Source: Candidatus Heimdallarchaeum aukensis
GTDB lineage: Archaea > Asgardarchaeota > Heimdallarchaeia > Heimdallarchaeales > Heimdallarchaeaceae
Assembly (NCBI GenBank): GCA_021513695.1
Contig: CP084166.1
Span: 800,001 to 864,000 of the forward strand
Direction of reading: 5' to 3'
DNA length: 64,000 nucleotides
This document shows, in pieces, positions 9,127-18,594 of the stretch. A model generated the notes under the pieces. It did not search any database and was not told the origin of the DNA. It worked only from the letters and a program-made list of their open reading frames with translations. The position numbers and the translations under genes are program-made. Each line of letters starts with the position of its first letter. The first letter of the stretch is position 1.

Positions 9127-9441
9127 TTAGTAGATACTTTCTCTCATCCATTCAATATATTCATCGGAGGCATACTTTATAGGTAAAGCTATAATCTCTG
9201 GGATTTCATATGTATGATGTTTCTTTAATTCTTCAACAATATCATGGAATTTATCAGAAAAAGTTTTAGCAATAACTAAATACTCTTCTGCCTTCTCAAT
9301 CTTCCCTTTCCACCAATATTTTGAGTGTATTTTCGAAATTTGAACACAGACTACAAGCTTTTCTTCTAGAAGAAAATTACTTATCCTTTCTGCTTCTTCT
9401 TTGCTATCAATACTTACATGCAAATGTATTGGTTCATTCAT
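9127..9441 (-). CDS. cutA: Divalent-cation tolerance protein CutA
   Basis: Characteristic ...CVQISKIHSKYWWKGKIE...TYEIPEIIALPI...YIEWM pattern of the CutA1 family. Confidence 0.8.
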   Translation of the reverse strand: MNEPIHLHVSIDSKEEAERISNFLLEEKLVVCVQISKIHSKYWWKGKIEKAEEYLVIAKTFSDKFHDIVEELKKHHTYEIPEIIALPIKYASDEYIEWMRESIY

Positions 9442-9506
9442 TGTTTTTTTTTCCTCTTTTCTCTTTTTAAGTATATAGGAGAAGATATATATCGAAATAT
9501 TTAGAT

Positions 9507-9692
9507 GTGGCTATATGTTTAGCATATAAGGAATGTAAAAAACAGTTAGAGTATGTTCAAAGCACTCTAAGGAAAATAAACAAAGAAAATGAATACGAGA
9601 TAGAATATGTTACAGAACTGAATAAAATCGCTGAAGAAGGAATATTTCTAACACCTGCACTAATAATTGAAGACAAAGTAATAAGTGAATGA
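9507..9692 (+). CDS. Thioredoxin-like small protein, degenerate paralog of 13599..13844 (CxxC lost); possibly a pseudogene
   Basis: Aligns to the 81-aa redox-active disulfide protein downstream (EYEIEYVT..IFLTPALIIEDKVI vs EYEIKYIT..VFLTPAVKIDNETI) but has CLAYKEC in place of GAGCKKC. GTG start. Confidence 0.35.
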   Translation: MAICLAYKECKKQLEYVQSTLRKINKENEYEIEYVTELNKIAEEGIFLTPALIIEDKVISE

Positions 9693-9794
9693 AAAAAATA
9701 AGTAAAAACAAACTTGAAAAAATGCTTTAAAAGATTCTTTTTTTCTTTTTTTTTTATTCTTTTCAAACTGTTCTTTATTTAGAAGTTTAACCCC
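9693..9794. terminator. Putative bidirectional terminator region between convergent genes (A-run then long T-run)
   Basis: aaaaaaataagtaaaaac ... ttctttttttcttttttttttattcttttc between the + gene ending 9692 and the - gene ending 9795. Confidence 0.35.
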
Positions 9795-10595
9795 TTATTC
9801 AATAGTTGCCAAGAGTTTGTCTTTATCTTCAGATGCAATAAATATCATTGAGTTTATATAATCTGTCAAAATTTCTTTTTCTGTCTCTGTTGGTTTAAAA
9901 TTTAGCGCATGAGTTAAAATAAATATCAACTCTGTTGCTTGCTCTGGATAGTGATCAAATAAATAGATAATACTGTTGAACGGGATAAAATTTAATAATG
10001 CTGAACTAAGTCTACGTACTTCACTTTCGCTTTTTTCAGATATAGGCTTCAAAATTGAATAAAATTCTCTAAGCTGCAAAGTGATAAATTCATAATATGT
10101 CGAACCAAATGGAAACCTTTGTTCATGTAAGCTTAAAGCAATATACAAATAGACGTTAATGTAAAACTGAATCTTCAGAATAATGGTTAAATTAGTATCA
10201 GACCTTGGAGTAAAATACAATTGATATCTTTTAAATTTGTCAGAGAATTCAATAATTTCTGAAATAATTTCTTGAGAAAATAATCCGCTTTCGTTTTCGA
10301 CTATTTCATTAAAAATAGAAGGATATAATTTGGATAGCATGAATAGGATTGTCTGTTTATCCATCTTGTTTTCTTCTATTATTTTTTTCGCAGTTAAAGC
10401 AAATACTACTAGAAGTTCAATTGGATCTTGTATTTCTTTTAGTTCTTGGCTTGATTGGGCATTAGGCATTGAAAACAAAATTTTCTCATATTCTCCATTC
10501 TCTATTCTTTCCTCACATTCTTTTGATATTAATTGAAAAAAGGAATGAGTTGGAAGATAAATTCTAATTTTCTCACGCAAGGAATACGAATACAT
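9795..10595 (-). CDS. Hypothetical protein (266 aa)
   Basis: ORF, co-oriented and 8 bp from the TPR gene. Confidence 0.5.
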   Translation of the reverse strand: MYSYSLREKIRIYLPTHSFFQLISKECEERIENGEYEKILFSMPNAQSSQELKEIQDPIELLVVFALTAKKIIEENKMDKQTILFMLSKLYPSIFNEIVENESGLFSQEIISEIIEFSDKFKRYQLYFTPRSDTNLTIILKIQFYINVYLYIALSLHEQRFPFGSTYYEFITLQLREFYSILKPISEKSESEVRRLSSALLNFIPFNSIIYLFDHYPEQATELIFILTHALNFKPTETEKEILTDYINSMIFIASEDKDKLLATIE

Positions 10596-10603
10596 TCTAA
10601 CAC

Positions 10604-11920
10604 CTACAAATTAAAATGATGAAATAGGTCTAGAAAATTACCTATCATTTCAGAATATGCAAGCTCTCCGTGATCAATCATCCATTGATAAATTTCTTCA
10701 ATTCCTTGCAAGAGAGATCTTACATTTGTATTTAAATTCAATTGAGTAATCTGGTAGGATAGATAAAAGAATTTTGTCATTTTTGCTTTAACAATATCAC
10801 CATAATTCTCAAAAATCGCCATTATTCTCTTCATTTCTTCTTCGATATCTAAATTCTCCAACTCTTTATCTACTTCATAGTTCATTAAGAAGCCTGAAAA
10901 ATCTCTTAACATCGACCTAGACTTATTTTGGATTAGAGCTGGTAGAAAAACAAAAGAAGTTAAAGCTTCTTCGTATTCTATATTTTCAGAAAGAAAATAA
11001 TTCTTTGCTTTCATAAAATATTGTGTAGCTTCTTTAAATTGTCCTATTGTCTGGTTTAATCCTGCAAGCAATCTATAAATTTTGGAAGCCAAATCATAAT
11101 TTTCTATACTTTCAACTGTAGACAATAACCTTTCTCCTTTTTCTATGGCTTCTTCAGGGCTTATTTGTTCTGCACGCAATTCCAATTCTATCCTATAAGC
11201 ATTTAAAGCTAAAGGTTGAATGTCTTCAGGACCATATTTTTGAATATATGAATCAATATATTCGACAGTTGTTGAGGGCTCTTCCGTAAATTGAGATAAA
11301 ATTATTTTTTTCTCGAATGCCGACCTTTCAAAAGGCGTTTCTTCAAAGTACTTGAGAGCTTTATCTAATTTAGAAAAAGCAGTCATTACATCTCCTTTTT
11401 CAGCATCGATTTGAGCTTCTAAAACATTTAATTCGTGGTAGTAAACTTCATTACCAAATTCTTTTGCTTTATCTTTAAGAGTAGAGATAAGTTCCTTAGC
11501 TTCATCAAGATTATGATAAATAATCATTATTTGAGCCCTTAATTGCCAGTATCTAAAATAGATCTGAACATTTGCGCTTATGTTGATATCTTCCTGTTCT
11601 ATAGAGTCTAACCATTCTAAACCTAAAGTGTACTCCCCATATAAAATGTAAGTCGCTGCTAACTCAATTACAGCTTCTATATTTTCTTGTAGAAGTAATT
11701 GATCTCGTGTTTGAAAATAAAGTTCTTCCAGAATTTCGATAGCTTCTTTCTTTCTTCCAACAAGAGAAAGACATCTAGCGATTTTTATTTTGATTCTTCT
11801 CTCTTCTTCTTCCATCCCTTTTGTAAAAAAAATTGTATGAGCTTTTAAATAATAGTGTAAAGCTTGTTTAAATTTATATTTAGTAAAAAGTTCGTCGCCT
11901 TTATCTCTTTCAAAGCTCAT
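10604..11920 (-). CDS. TPR-like helical repeat protein (438 aa)
   Basis: Repeated ~34-aa amphipathic helical units with the A/Y/L spacing typical of TPR. Confidence 0.5.
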   Translation of the reverse strand: MSFERDKGDELFTKYKFKQALHYYLKAHTIFFTKGMEEEERRIKIKIARCLSLVGRKKEAIEILEELYFQTRDQLLLQENIEAVIELAATYILYGEYTLGLEWLDSIEQEDINISANVQIYFRYWQLRAQIMIIYHNLDEAKELISTLKDKAKEFGNEVYYHELNVLEAQIDAEKGDVMTAFSKLDKALKYFEETPFERSAFEKKIILSQFTEEPSTTVEYIDSYIQKYGPEDIQPLALNAYRIELELRAEQISPEEAIEKGERLLSTVESIENYDLASKIYRLLAGLNQTIGQFKEATQYFMKAKNYFLSENIEYEEALTSFVFLPALIQNKSRSMLRDFSGFLMNYEVDKELENLDIEEEMKRIMAIFENYGDIVKAKMTKFFYLSYQITQLNLNTNVRSLLQGIEEIYQWMIDHGELAYSEMIGNFLDLFHHFNL

Positions 11921-12039
11921 TTAATGCCCTCTATTACTTCAATAAAAAATGAAGATAGAAATATATAAACTTGAAGATAATGCAAAAAAAATAAAAAAAG
12001 AAAAGGAAAACCTAGAAAATATTCTTATATTCTATTTTT

Positions 12040-12180
12040 TCTGAATATTTCTGCATCTCTTTACCTTTACTTCTTGATCAATGTGCAAAGAGCTTATTTC
12101 TAGCTCTAAGGATAAAAGTAGTTTTGTGGATTTGTTAAACACAATGCTGATGTAGATGTATTGGTTCATTCATTTTTTTA
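12040..12180 (-). pseudogene. Gene fragment: copy of the last ~40 codons of the 13931..15676 gene fused to a copy of the first codons of cutA
   Basis: 12043-12150 is ~80% identical to 13950-14062. 12150-12180 contains atgtattggttcattcatt, a 19-nt exact match to the cutA start region 9421-9440. Confidence 0.4.
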
Positions 12181-12243
12181 TCATATAGATTAAAGTGTAG
12201 AACATATCGAAATTTTTAAATATGTCGTGTTGAGTTTTGGCTT

Positions 12244-13587
12244 ATGTTTTGGCAAACAATTCTAGATATGATCTATAATGGATGGTTAAGTTTACTCGAT
12301 TACCTTTCATTTCATGTGCTCCTTTGTTTAATACCCGCTTTCTTTATTGCAGGAGCTATGATGGTGTTTGTGCCTAAAAATGCAATCTTAAAATATTTAG
12401 GGAAAGACTCGAAGAAAATTGTCTCGTATCCAGTAGCTGCAATTGCAGGTTTACTCATTGCAGTATGCTCTTGTACTGTTCTCCCCCTATTTGCAAGCAT
12501 AAAGAAAAAGGGAGCAGGATTAGGTCCAGCTATAACTTTTCTTTTTTCAGCTCCAGCTGTTAATATTCTAGCTCTGGTTTATACAGGAAGTATAATTGGA
12601 GCAGATATTGCCATAGCAAGGGCAATTTTGTCTTTATTATTTGCTATAATAATTGGATATATAATGGAGTTAATATTTGATAGGAAAAAACCAGAGAAAA
12701 AGAAAGGAAAAGAAGAAAAAAATCAAGAAATTGATCAACAAAAAGAAAGGAAAGAAGAAAAGAAAAAGCTCACAGTCAACTGGAGCAAACTAGGAACAAT
12801 TAGTCTGGGCGTTTTCGGATTATTATTAGGTATTCTTCTTTTAACTCTTGATAAGAAATTATTAGATTCAATGGGAATAGCTTCTCCGCTTATTTTTCAA
12901 ACAATAATGTGGATTATAGGGTTGGCTAGTTTAATTATTTTTTCTTTAATATACAATCAAAAAGAACTCTCTCTATTCTTTCTATTAATATACGTATTAT
13001 TTACTGGTACATCTCAAATAGCCTACTTTTCAGCCTATTGGGGAATTGGAAATTTGACTGTTAATCCATCTTTTCTTAACATGTTAACGAAAGCTCTTTT
13101 AACACTTATTGCAACCATTTATGTAGTTATTTTCACAATTTCAAGATTCGATAAAGAAGAAAGAAGAGAATGGATGAAGGAAACTTGGTCATTCTTTAAA
13201 TCGATCTTTCCTCTGATTGTTATTGGAGTTTTCGTTGCAGGAATGTTAGAGGTAATTATCCCTGAAAAATGGGTTCAATCAGTTGTTGGGAGGAATAGTG
13301 TCGTTGGAAACCTAACGGGTGTTCTTTTTGGAGTATTCATGTATTTTCCAACATTAATGGAGGTACCTATTGCTAGAATGTTTCTCAATTTAGGGATGTC
13401 AAGAGGTGTGCTTCTTGCTTATCTACTTGCAGACCCTGAATTGAGTATTCAATCTATTTTGGTTACTCGAAAATATTTAGGCAACAAGAAAAATTTTATA
13501 TTTGTGCTTTTAGTTACGATCTTCTGTACCATTGCTGGACTGATTTTCGGTCTTGTAGTTAGTAAAGAAAGTATAAAATGGTATTAA
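12244..13587 (+). CDS. Permease, DUF318/YraQ-like (two 4-TM halves separated by a KE-rich loop)
   Basis: Topology and composition match the permease family that is typically found next to a thioredoxin-like redox_disulf_2 protein, which follows here. Confidence 0.65.
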   Translation: MFWQTILDMIYNGWLSLLDYLSFHVLLCLIPAFFIAGAMMVFVPKNAILKYLGKDSKKIVSYPVAAIAGLLIAVCSCTVLPLFASIKKKGAGLGPAITFLFSAPAVNILALVYTGSIIGADIAIARAILSLLFAIIIGYIMELIFDRKKPEKKKGKEEKNQEIDQQKERKEEKKKLTVNWSKLGTISLGVFGLLLGILLLTLDKKLLDSMGIASPLIFQTIMWIIGLASLIIFSLIYNQKELSLFFLLIYVLFTGTSQIAYFSAYWGIGNLTVNPSFLNMLTKALLTLIATIYVVIFTISRFDKEERREWMKETWSFFKSIFPLIVIGVFVAGMLEVIIPEKWVQSVVGRNSVVGNLTGVLFGVFMYFPTLMEVPIARMFLNLGMSRGVLLAYLLADPELSIQSILVTRKYLGNKKNFIFVLLVTIFCTIAGLIFGLVVSKESIKWY

Positions 13588-13598
13588 GAGGTGAAAAA

Positions 13599-13844
13599 AT
13601 GTCGGATAAAAAAACAATTAAAGTTATAGGTGCAGGATGTAAGAAATGTAAACTGCAATTAGACTATGTAAAAGAAGCTTTAGCAAAGCTAAACAAAGAA
13701 GATGAATATGAAATCAAATATATTACAAATGTAGATGAAATAGTGGAAGAAGATGTATTTCTTACACCAGCTGTAAAGATAGACAATGAAACAATAAATG
13801 AAGGTAAGGTAATAGGAATCAATAAGCTTGTAAAAATTCTTTAA
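13599..13844 (+). CDS. Thioredoxin-fold redox-active disulfide protein (small, CxxC)
   Basis: KVIGAGCKKCKLQ CxxC motif at the N-terminus of an ~80-aa protein. ATG at 13599 is preceded by aggtga. The ORF track start 13578 overlaps the permease. Confidence 0.7.
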   Translation: MSDKKTIKVIGAGCKKCKLQLDYVKEALAKLNKEDEYEIKYITNVDEIVEEDVFLTPAVKIDNETINEGKVIGINKLVKIL

Positions 13845-13930
13845 TATTTCTCTTTTTTTAATAGTATATATACTCGAAAATAATACAAAAAAGACTAAAG
13901 AAAAAGAAGAAAAAAAGGAAAATCTAAAGA

Positions 13931-15676
13931 CTATTCTAATATCCCATTTCTTTTGAATATTTCCATAATCTCATTAACTTTTTCTTCTTGATCTATGTTC
14001 ATATCACTTGTTTCTAGTTCTAAGGACAAAAGTAGTCCTGTGGATTTATTACATACAATGCTGATGGTTTCAAGATTAAGTTCTTTTATATCGCTTGTGT
14101 CCCAGATATAGGTATGCAAAACGTTTCCAGATTCATATTCTACTTGTTTCATCACAATTTCTTTTCCTTCTAAAAATGCTTCTAAATTATTCATGTCAAT
14201 CTTTCTATTAATGTTTAAGGTTATAATGAAATCTCTTAATGCTTTTTTCTCCATTCTTGATTTACTTATCCGTAAATACACTACTAAAGCTACCCACGCA
14301 AAAATGCTGAAAATAAATAGTATAAGATTTGCTATCTGATCTCTAGCTAACGGTATTTTATTTACAATTGAATTATAAATTGTTTGGTCAGAAGAGATTT
14401 CTCCAATGGCAAAAGCTACAATCTCAAGAATTATTGAACCAGCAAGAATCAATTCGATCATATCAATAGCTTCGCTAGTTCTTGTATTAGCTTGAAGAAC
14501 TTGATTCATCGATTTTGTATTTTGTGTCATTGCTTTATTCATTTTTCTTATTTGCATTTCAGAAAGTGTATTTATGTGATCTCTCTTCCCTTCGAGCTCA
14601 GTAAGTAAACCCTTAATTACTTTAGTGCTTTCTTTTACTCTATTTCGTATGGTTTCTAATCCTTTTTCGATTTCAAAGAAAGAAAAAGTGGATAAACTAT
14701 CAAAATTATTTGTTAGCTGCTCACATGAATCATGCAAAAACTCTTTTACTTGTCCTAAAACGCTAATTGTACTTGTTAGAATAGTTATCTCTTCTTGTAC
14801 TTTGTTTAGAGCATCAGTATTTCCTTTTACAGCCATATTAACTAATTCTTGAATTTCATTGGTTTGATCATAAAGTTCCCATACTCGAGACATGAAACTG
14901 TCAATGAATATAGTTATTCCTTCTTTTATACCGTTATAAATTGAGTAATATTCCATTTCTTCAGTAAACTCTTTGGGTACAAGAATAGCCCCTCTATTAC
15001 CTATAAAATAGATGGAACCATCTATAGAATGTGCTCTAAACCCTTCTCCAATTATTTGACTTATCTCAATCTCACAATCTTCACCATCTAAGTAATCTTT
15101 TACGTCTTCAAACTTCTTGTTTATATCTTCCCCAACAATGAGAATAGTTTTAGGTCTATACATTGGGTTACCAAAAATAATTTTGATAAAGTTCCTCTGA
15201 AATTCTGTAAGAAGAGAGTCTATAACTTGTGATGAATCTTGTGAAAGATCAGCAATAACGCGAGAGAGTTTATCTAAAGACATAAAGCTATTCTTTCCAT
15301 TAATTTCACGAAGATCTAAAGAATAAATAATAAAACCTAACTTTGAAATAAATACAGCCATTTCCTCAATCTGTACTATTCCTTCTTCTTCAGGTAGATC
15401 AATTATTGCTTCAAGATTAACATAATTATTAATATCGTAATCCTTTACTGTTACTTTTGTATATTTGCCTTCTGTTAGAAAAGAGGGAGAATCAGGGTCA
15501 GAGTCAATCAATCCTGTAAGTAAAGTTTTAGAAGAACTCTTTTCTATATCTAGTTTCTTATTAAGTTCTCTCAGCTGATTACTATCAAAAGGAAGCCATT
15601 CAATTACGAAAATTTTAGGGTTTTTTAGAAAAAGTATTTCACTTAATTCATCCTTTATGTTATCTGATTTTTGCAT
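13931..15676 (-). CDS. Hypothetical membrane protein (581 aa): N-terminal soluble domain, coiled-coil, two TM helices, ~110-aa C-terminal domain
   Basis: ORF. TM pair LAGSIILEIVAFAIGEI / IANLILFIFSIFAWVALVVYL. No GMN or other known motif. Confidence 0.55.
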   Translation of the reverse strand: MQKSDNIKDELSEILFLKNPKIFVIEWLPFDSNQLRELNKKLDIEKSSSKTLLTGLIDSDPDSPSFLTEGKYTKVTVKDYDINNYVNLEAIIDLPEEEGIVQIEEMAVFISKLGFIIYSLDLREINGKNSFMSLDKLSRVIADLSQDSSQVIDSLLTEFQRNFIKIIFGNPMYRPKTILIVGEDINKKFEDVKDYLDGEDCEIEISQIIGEGFRAHSIDGSIYFIGNRGAILVPKEFTEEMEYYSIYNGIKEGITIFIDSFMSRVWELYDQTNEIQELVNMAVKGNTDALNKVQEEITILTSTISVLGQVKEFLHDSCEQLTNNFDSLSTFSFFEIEKGLETIRNRVKESTKVIKGLLTELEGKRDHINTLSEMQIRKMNKAMTQNTKSMNQVLQANTRTSEAIDMIELILAGSIILEIVAFAIGEISSDQTIYNSIVNKIPLARDQIANLILFIFSIFAWVALVVYLRISKSRMEKKALRDFIITLNINRKIDMNNLEAFLEGKEIVMKQVEYESGNVLHTYIWDTSDIKELNLETISIVCNKSTGLLLSLELETSDMNIDQEEKVNEIMEIFKRNGILE

Positions 15677-15680
15677 TTTG

Positions 15681-16286
15681 TCACCTCACTAACCTATCTG
15701 AAACTCTAATGAAATAGGGCTCAGAAACATAACTCACATCTTCGCTTTCTAGAAAATCAAGATCAGTATCTGATTCATCACAAATAGGGCAATCCATTTT
15801 GATAATAGGTTTTTCACCTAGTTCCATATAAAACTTCAAATGAGTGTTACATTTTTTGCAATAAAATAAATTCTTAACTTCTTCTTTTACATCTGCAGGA
15901 ATTTGTTTTAGTAACTCATATCCTTGAGGAGTAATTCTGTAAGCTGTCACAAATCCATGTTTTGCAGTGCTTAATCTTATTTTTTCTAGAATGTCCAACT
16001 CTCTTAAATCTTCGATATCATCTACTCCTTCATAACTAATGTTACAGCTATAACAGCTTCTACCAAAAAATTGAACTGAAGTAGGAGCATAGTCATAAGT
16101 CTCATACGAGCCTTTAATAATCTGATAGTAAATAACTGCAAGCAAAGGTAACTCTTTTATCCAGATTCTCTTTCCATTTTGAATAAAAGAATTATCGTCT
16201 GTTCCAGACACCCACTTTAGTAGATAGTCTATAGTATATAATAATAGTTGTTGATCTCTAGTTAAGTCCTTAATTTCAACATCCAT
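15681..16286 (-). CDS. Hypothetical zinc-ribbon protein (201 aa), first gene of an operon with 13931..15676
   Basis: C-terminal CKKCNTH...CPICD four-Cys ribbon. 4-bp gap to the downstream gene. Confidence 0.5.
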   Translation of the reverse strand: MDVEIKDLTRDQQLLLYTIDYLLKWVSGTDDNSFIQNGKRIWIKELPLLAVIYYQIIKGSYETYDYAPTSVQFFGRSCYSCNISYEGVDDIEDLRELDILEKIRLSTAKHGFVTAYRITPQGYELLKQIPADVKEEVKNLFYCKKCNTHLKFYMELGEKPIIKMDCPICDESDTDLDFLESEDVSYVSEPYFIRVSDRLVR

Positions 16287-16466
16287 ATTTAACCAGTCTA
16301 ATAAATCCTAAGTTCTATAAAATGTTTTTGTGAGTTTTGGAAATATATCTCCACAAACTTGTTAATTAAAAATTTCACAAATCTTACTATTCATACTCTT
16401 TATTTTTTCAGTTAATTTTATATTACAGTATTTTTCTATCTTTTAAACGCCTTTTGAGATGATAAA

Positions 16467-18002
16467 ATGAAAATAAACCTCAACAAATTACAAAGAAAAG
16501 AAAATGGACAAGTAAGGATAGGAGTATTAATCAGTGGAACAGGCATCGGAGTTTTTATGGCCTCTCTTGATGCCACAGTAGCAGTAATCCTCCTTGAGCT
16601 CATACGAGCAGATTTCAATGTTAGTCCTAATAGAATTCAGTGGGTAGTTCTAAGTTATTTATTAGTAATGATGGCGTTTACTATTATTGCAGGAGATCTA
16701 GGAGATAAAATAAGTAATAAACATATTTTTCAATTAGGAATGCTTATTTTTGCTTTAGGTTCTTTTCTTTGTTTTCTTTCACATAGCCTAATGTTTCTGA
16801 TTTTTGCCAGGGCAATCCAGTCATTAGGAGCTACTGGAATGATAGCTAATGGTATTGCCCTTGTTACTCGCTTTACAACTAGAAATAATAGAGGAAAAGC
16901 AATGGGTTTAAGCAACCTAATAATTTCTGTTTCTGTCATTTCTGGCCCTTTACTTGGTGCTTTAATAACCCATTATTATAGTTGGAGAGTAGTCTTTCTA
17001 GTTAATGTTCCCATAGGTTTAGTCGGATTGATTTGGGGACAATTTGCAATTCCTGAAACACCTTCATTAAAGAAAGAAAAAAAGGCTGATTATATAGGTT
17101 CGTTATCTTTTGCTTCATTTTTGACATTATTTATGTTAAGTTTAAGTCTATTTGTAGAGGAGATCGTACCCAACTCACAAACCTATGCAATAATAAGTTT
17201 AGTTGGAAGTGTTATCTTCTTTCCTATTTTTATCTGGTGGGAAGGGAGACATGATAATCCCTTAATTGATCTCAAGTTGTTAAAAGACAAAAAAATAAGC
17301 TTTGGGCTAATCACCGCAGTGATGAAACACCAAGGCTATATAATTATTCTTTATCATCTTAACATTTATCTTCAAGCAATACATATAGCAGCAAGAATAG
17401 ATAATATTGAACTTCCTTCAATAATAATTGTAGGATTAATTATTTCTGGTTTGCCTGTCGGAATGGCTATAATGGCTGTAATTTCAGGGTATCTCTCTGA
17501 TAAAATAGATGCACGTTATTTATGTACAGCTGCAATTTTGGGAGTTGTGTTAATGCTAATTCTGTTGTTTATTTTCTTATCAGTCGATGCTCCTATTTGG
17601 TTCTATGTAATTGTTACTACAATAATAGGAGTTTGTATAGGACTATTTCAATCACCAAACATTAATTCAGTCATGTCTGCAGCTCCAAAAGATAAAGTAG
17701 GCGTAATAAGTGGTCTTCACGGGTTAACAACAAGTATTGGTATAAGTTTAGGAACAGCTATTTCTACAGCAGTATTGACTCTAGGAGGAACAATAATAGC
17801 AAATAGTAAAGGGATTCAAGTAGGAAATCTTGTTGATACACCAGAAGTCTATGTTCCAGCTCTTCGTTGGATGTTCCTATTCTTTGCTATCATAACTTCC
17901 TTTGGTGCAATAATATCTTATCTCAGAGGACCAGAAAACAGAGAGAAAATAGAAGAAGAAAAAGTTAATTTGAAAAACTTTAAATCATTAATAAAAAATT
18001 AA
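16467..18002 (+). CDS. MFS transporter, DHA2 (EmrB/QacA-like, 14 TM) family
   Basis: 511 aa with ~14 hydrophobic segments and MFS motifs (GDLGDKISNK..., RFTTRNNRGKAMG). Confidence 0.8.
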   Translation: MKINLNKLQRKENGQVRIGVLISGTGIGVFMASLDATVAVILLELIRADFNVSPNRIQWVVLSYLLVMMAFTIIAGDLGDKISNKHIFQLGMLIFALGSFLCFLSHSLMFLIFARAIQSLGATGMIANGIALVTRFTTRNNRGKAMGLSNLIISVSVISGPLLGALITHYYSWRVVFLVNVPIGLVGLIWGQFAIPETPSLKKEKKADYIGSLSFASFLTLFMLSLSLFVEEIVPNSQTYAIISLVGSVIFFPIFIWWEGRHDNPLIDLKLLKDKKISFGLITAVMKHQGYIIILYHLNIYLQAIHIAARIDNIELPSIIIVGLIISGLPVGMAIMAVISGYLSDKIDARYLCTAAILGVVLMLILLFIFLSVDAPIWFYVIVTTIIGVCIGLFQSPNINSVMSAAPKDKVGVISGLHGLTTSIGISLGTAISTAVLTLGGTIIANSKGIQVGNLVDTPEVYVPALRWMFLFFAIITSFGAIISYLRGPENREKIEEEKVNLKNFKSLIKN

Positions 18003-18049
18003 CAAACATAATAAAATCAATAAAAAATAAATAGAAAAGTGTAAACTTA

Positions 18050-18517
18050 ATGAGAGGAGTGTTTATAGCTTTAGAAAAAGAGAATAAGTTTGAATACTAT
18101 TTCAAACCAGAAAAAATCATTGATGAAATAGAGTGGACAGAATTAAAAATTCAGCAATTACATGAACAAGGAATGATTAATGAATTCTTTTCTATAAGTT
18201 TACATGAATATCAAATTGCAGGACAGTTTTTTACACTGAAAAACAATAAGAACAAGAAACACATAATAGGCTTTTTATTAAACGAAAATACGAATCCAAT
18301 CCCCTATAGAAGCCTAATAAACTCTCTTCTCTCATTTGTAAATTCATTAATAATAACGGACGAAGATAAAATTTTTGAGGAAATATTAGAAGACTTGATT
18401 AAATTGGCGAACAAACAATGTACTACAATTTCTGTAAATAACCACAAGAAGAAATTATGTGTTGAAAATAAAAAAACACTCTATGAAACACTAAAAGAAA
18501 ACTTGTGGGCTTTCTAA
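18050..18517 (+). CDS. Hypothetical protein (155 aa)
   Basis: ORF only. Confidence 0.45.
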   Translation: MRGVFIALEKENKFEYYFKPEKIIDEIEWTELKIQQLHEQGMINEFFSISLHEYQIAGQFFTLKNNKNKKHIIGFLLNENTNPIPYRSLINSLLSFVNSLIITDEDKIFEEILEDLIKLANKQCTTISVNNHKKKLCVENKKTLYETLKENLWAF

Positions 18518-18594
18518 ATATTAAATTTAATCAAATCTGTTATAATAATGGATATAGGAAAAAGCTTACTAATGTGTTTAAAAAAATATTTTAC

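Noticed and set aside
18050-18517. Possible roadblock/longin-type GTPase partner upstream of pepF
   Set aside because: I could not match the sequence to the roadblock (LC7/MglB) or longin pattern by eye, so it is left as hypothetical.
18505-18594. 30-codon GTG-initiated N-terminal extension of the pepF ORF
   Set aside because: The extension overlaps the upstream gene and lacks similarity to PepF N-termini. ATG at 18595 gives the canonical M-S-E-N...WNLSDFF start.
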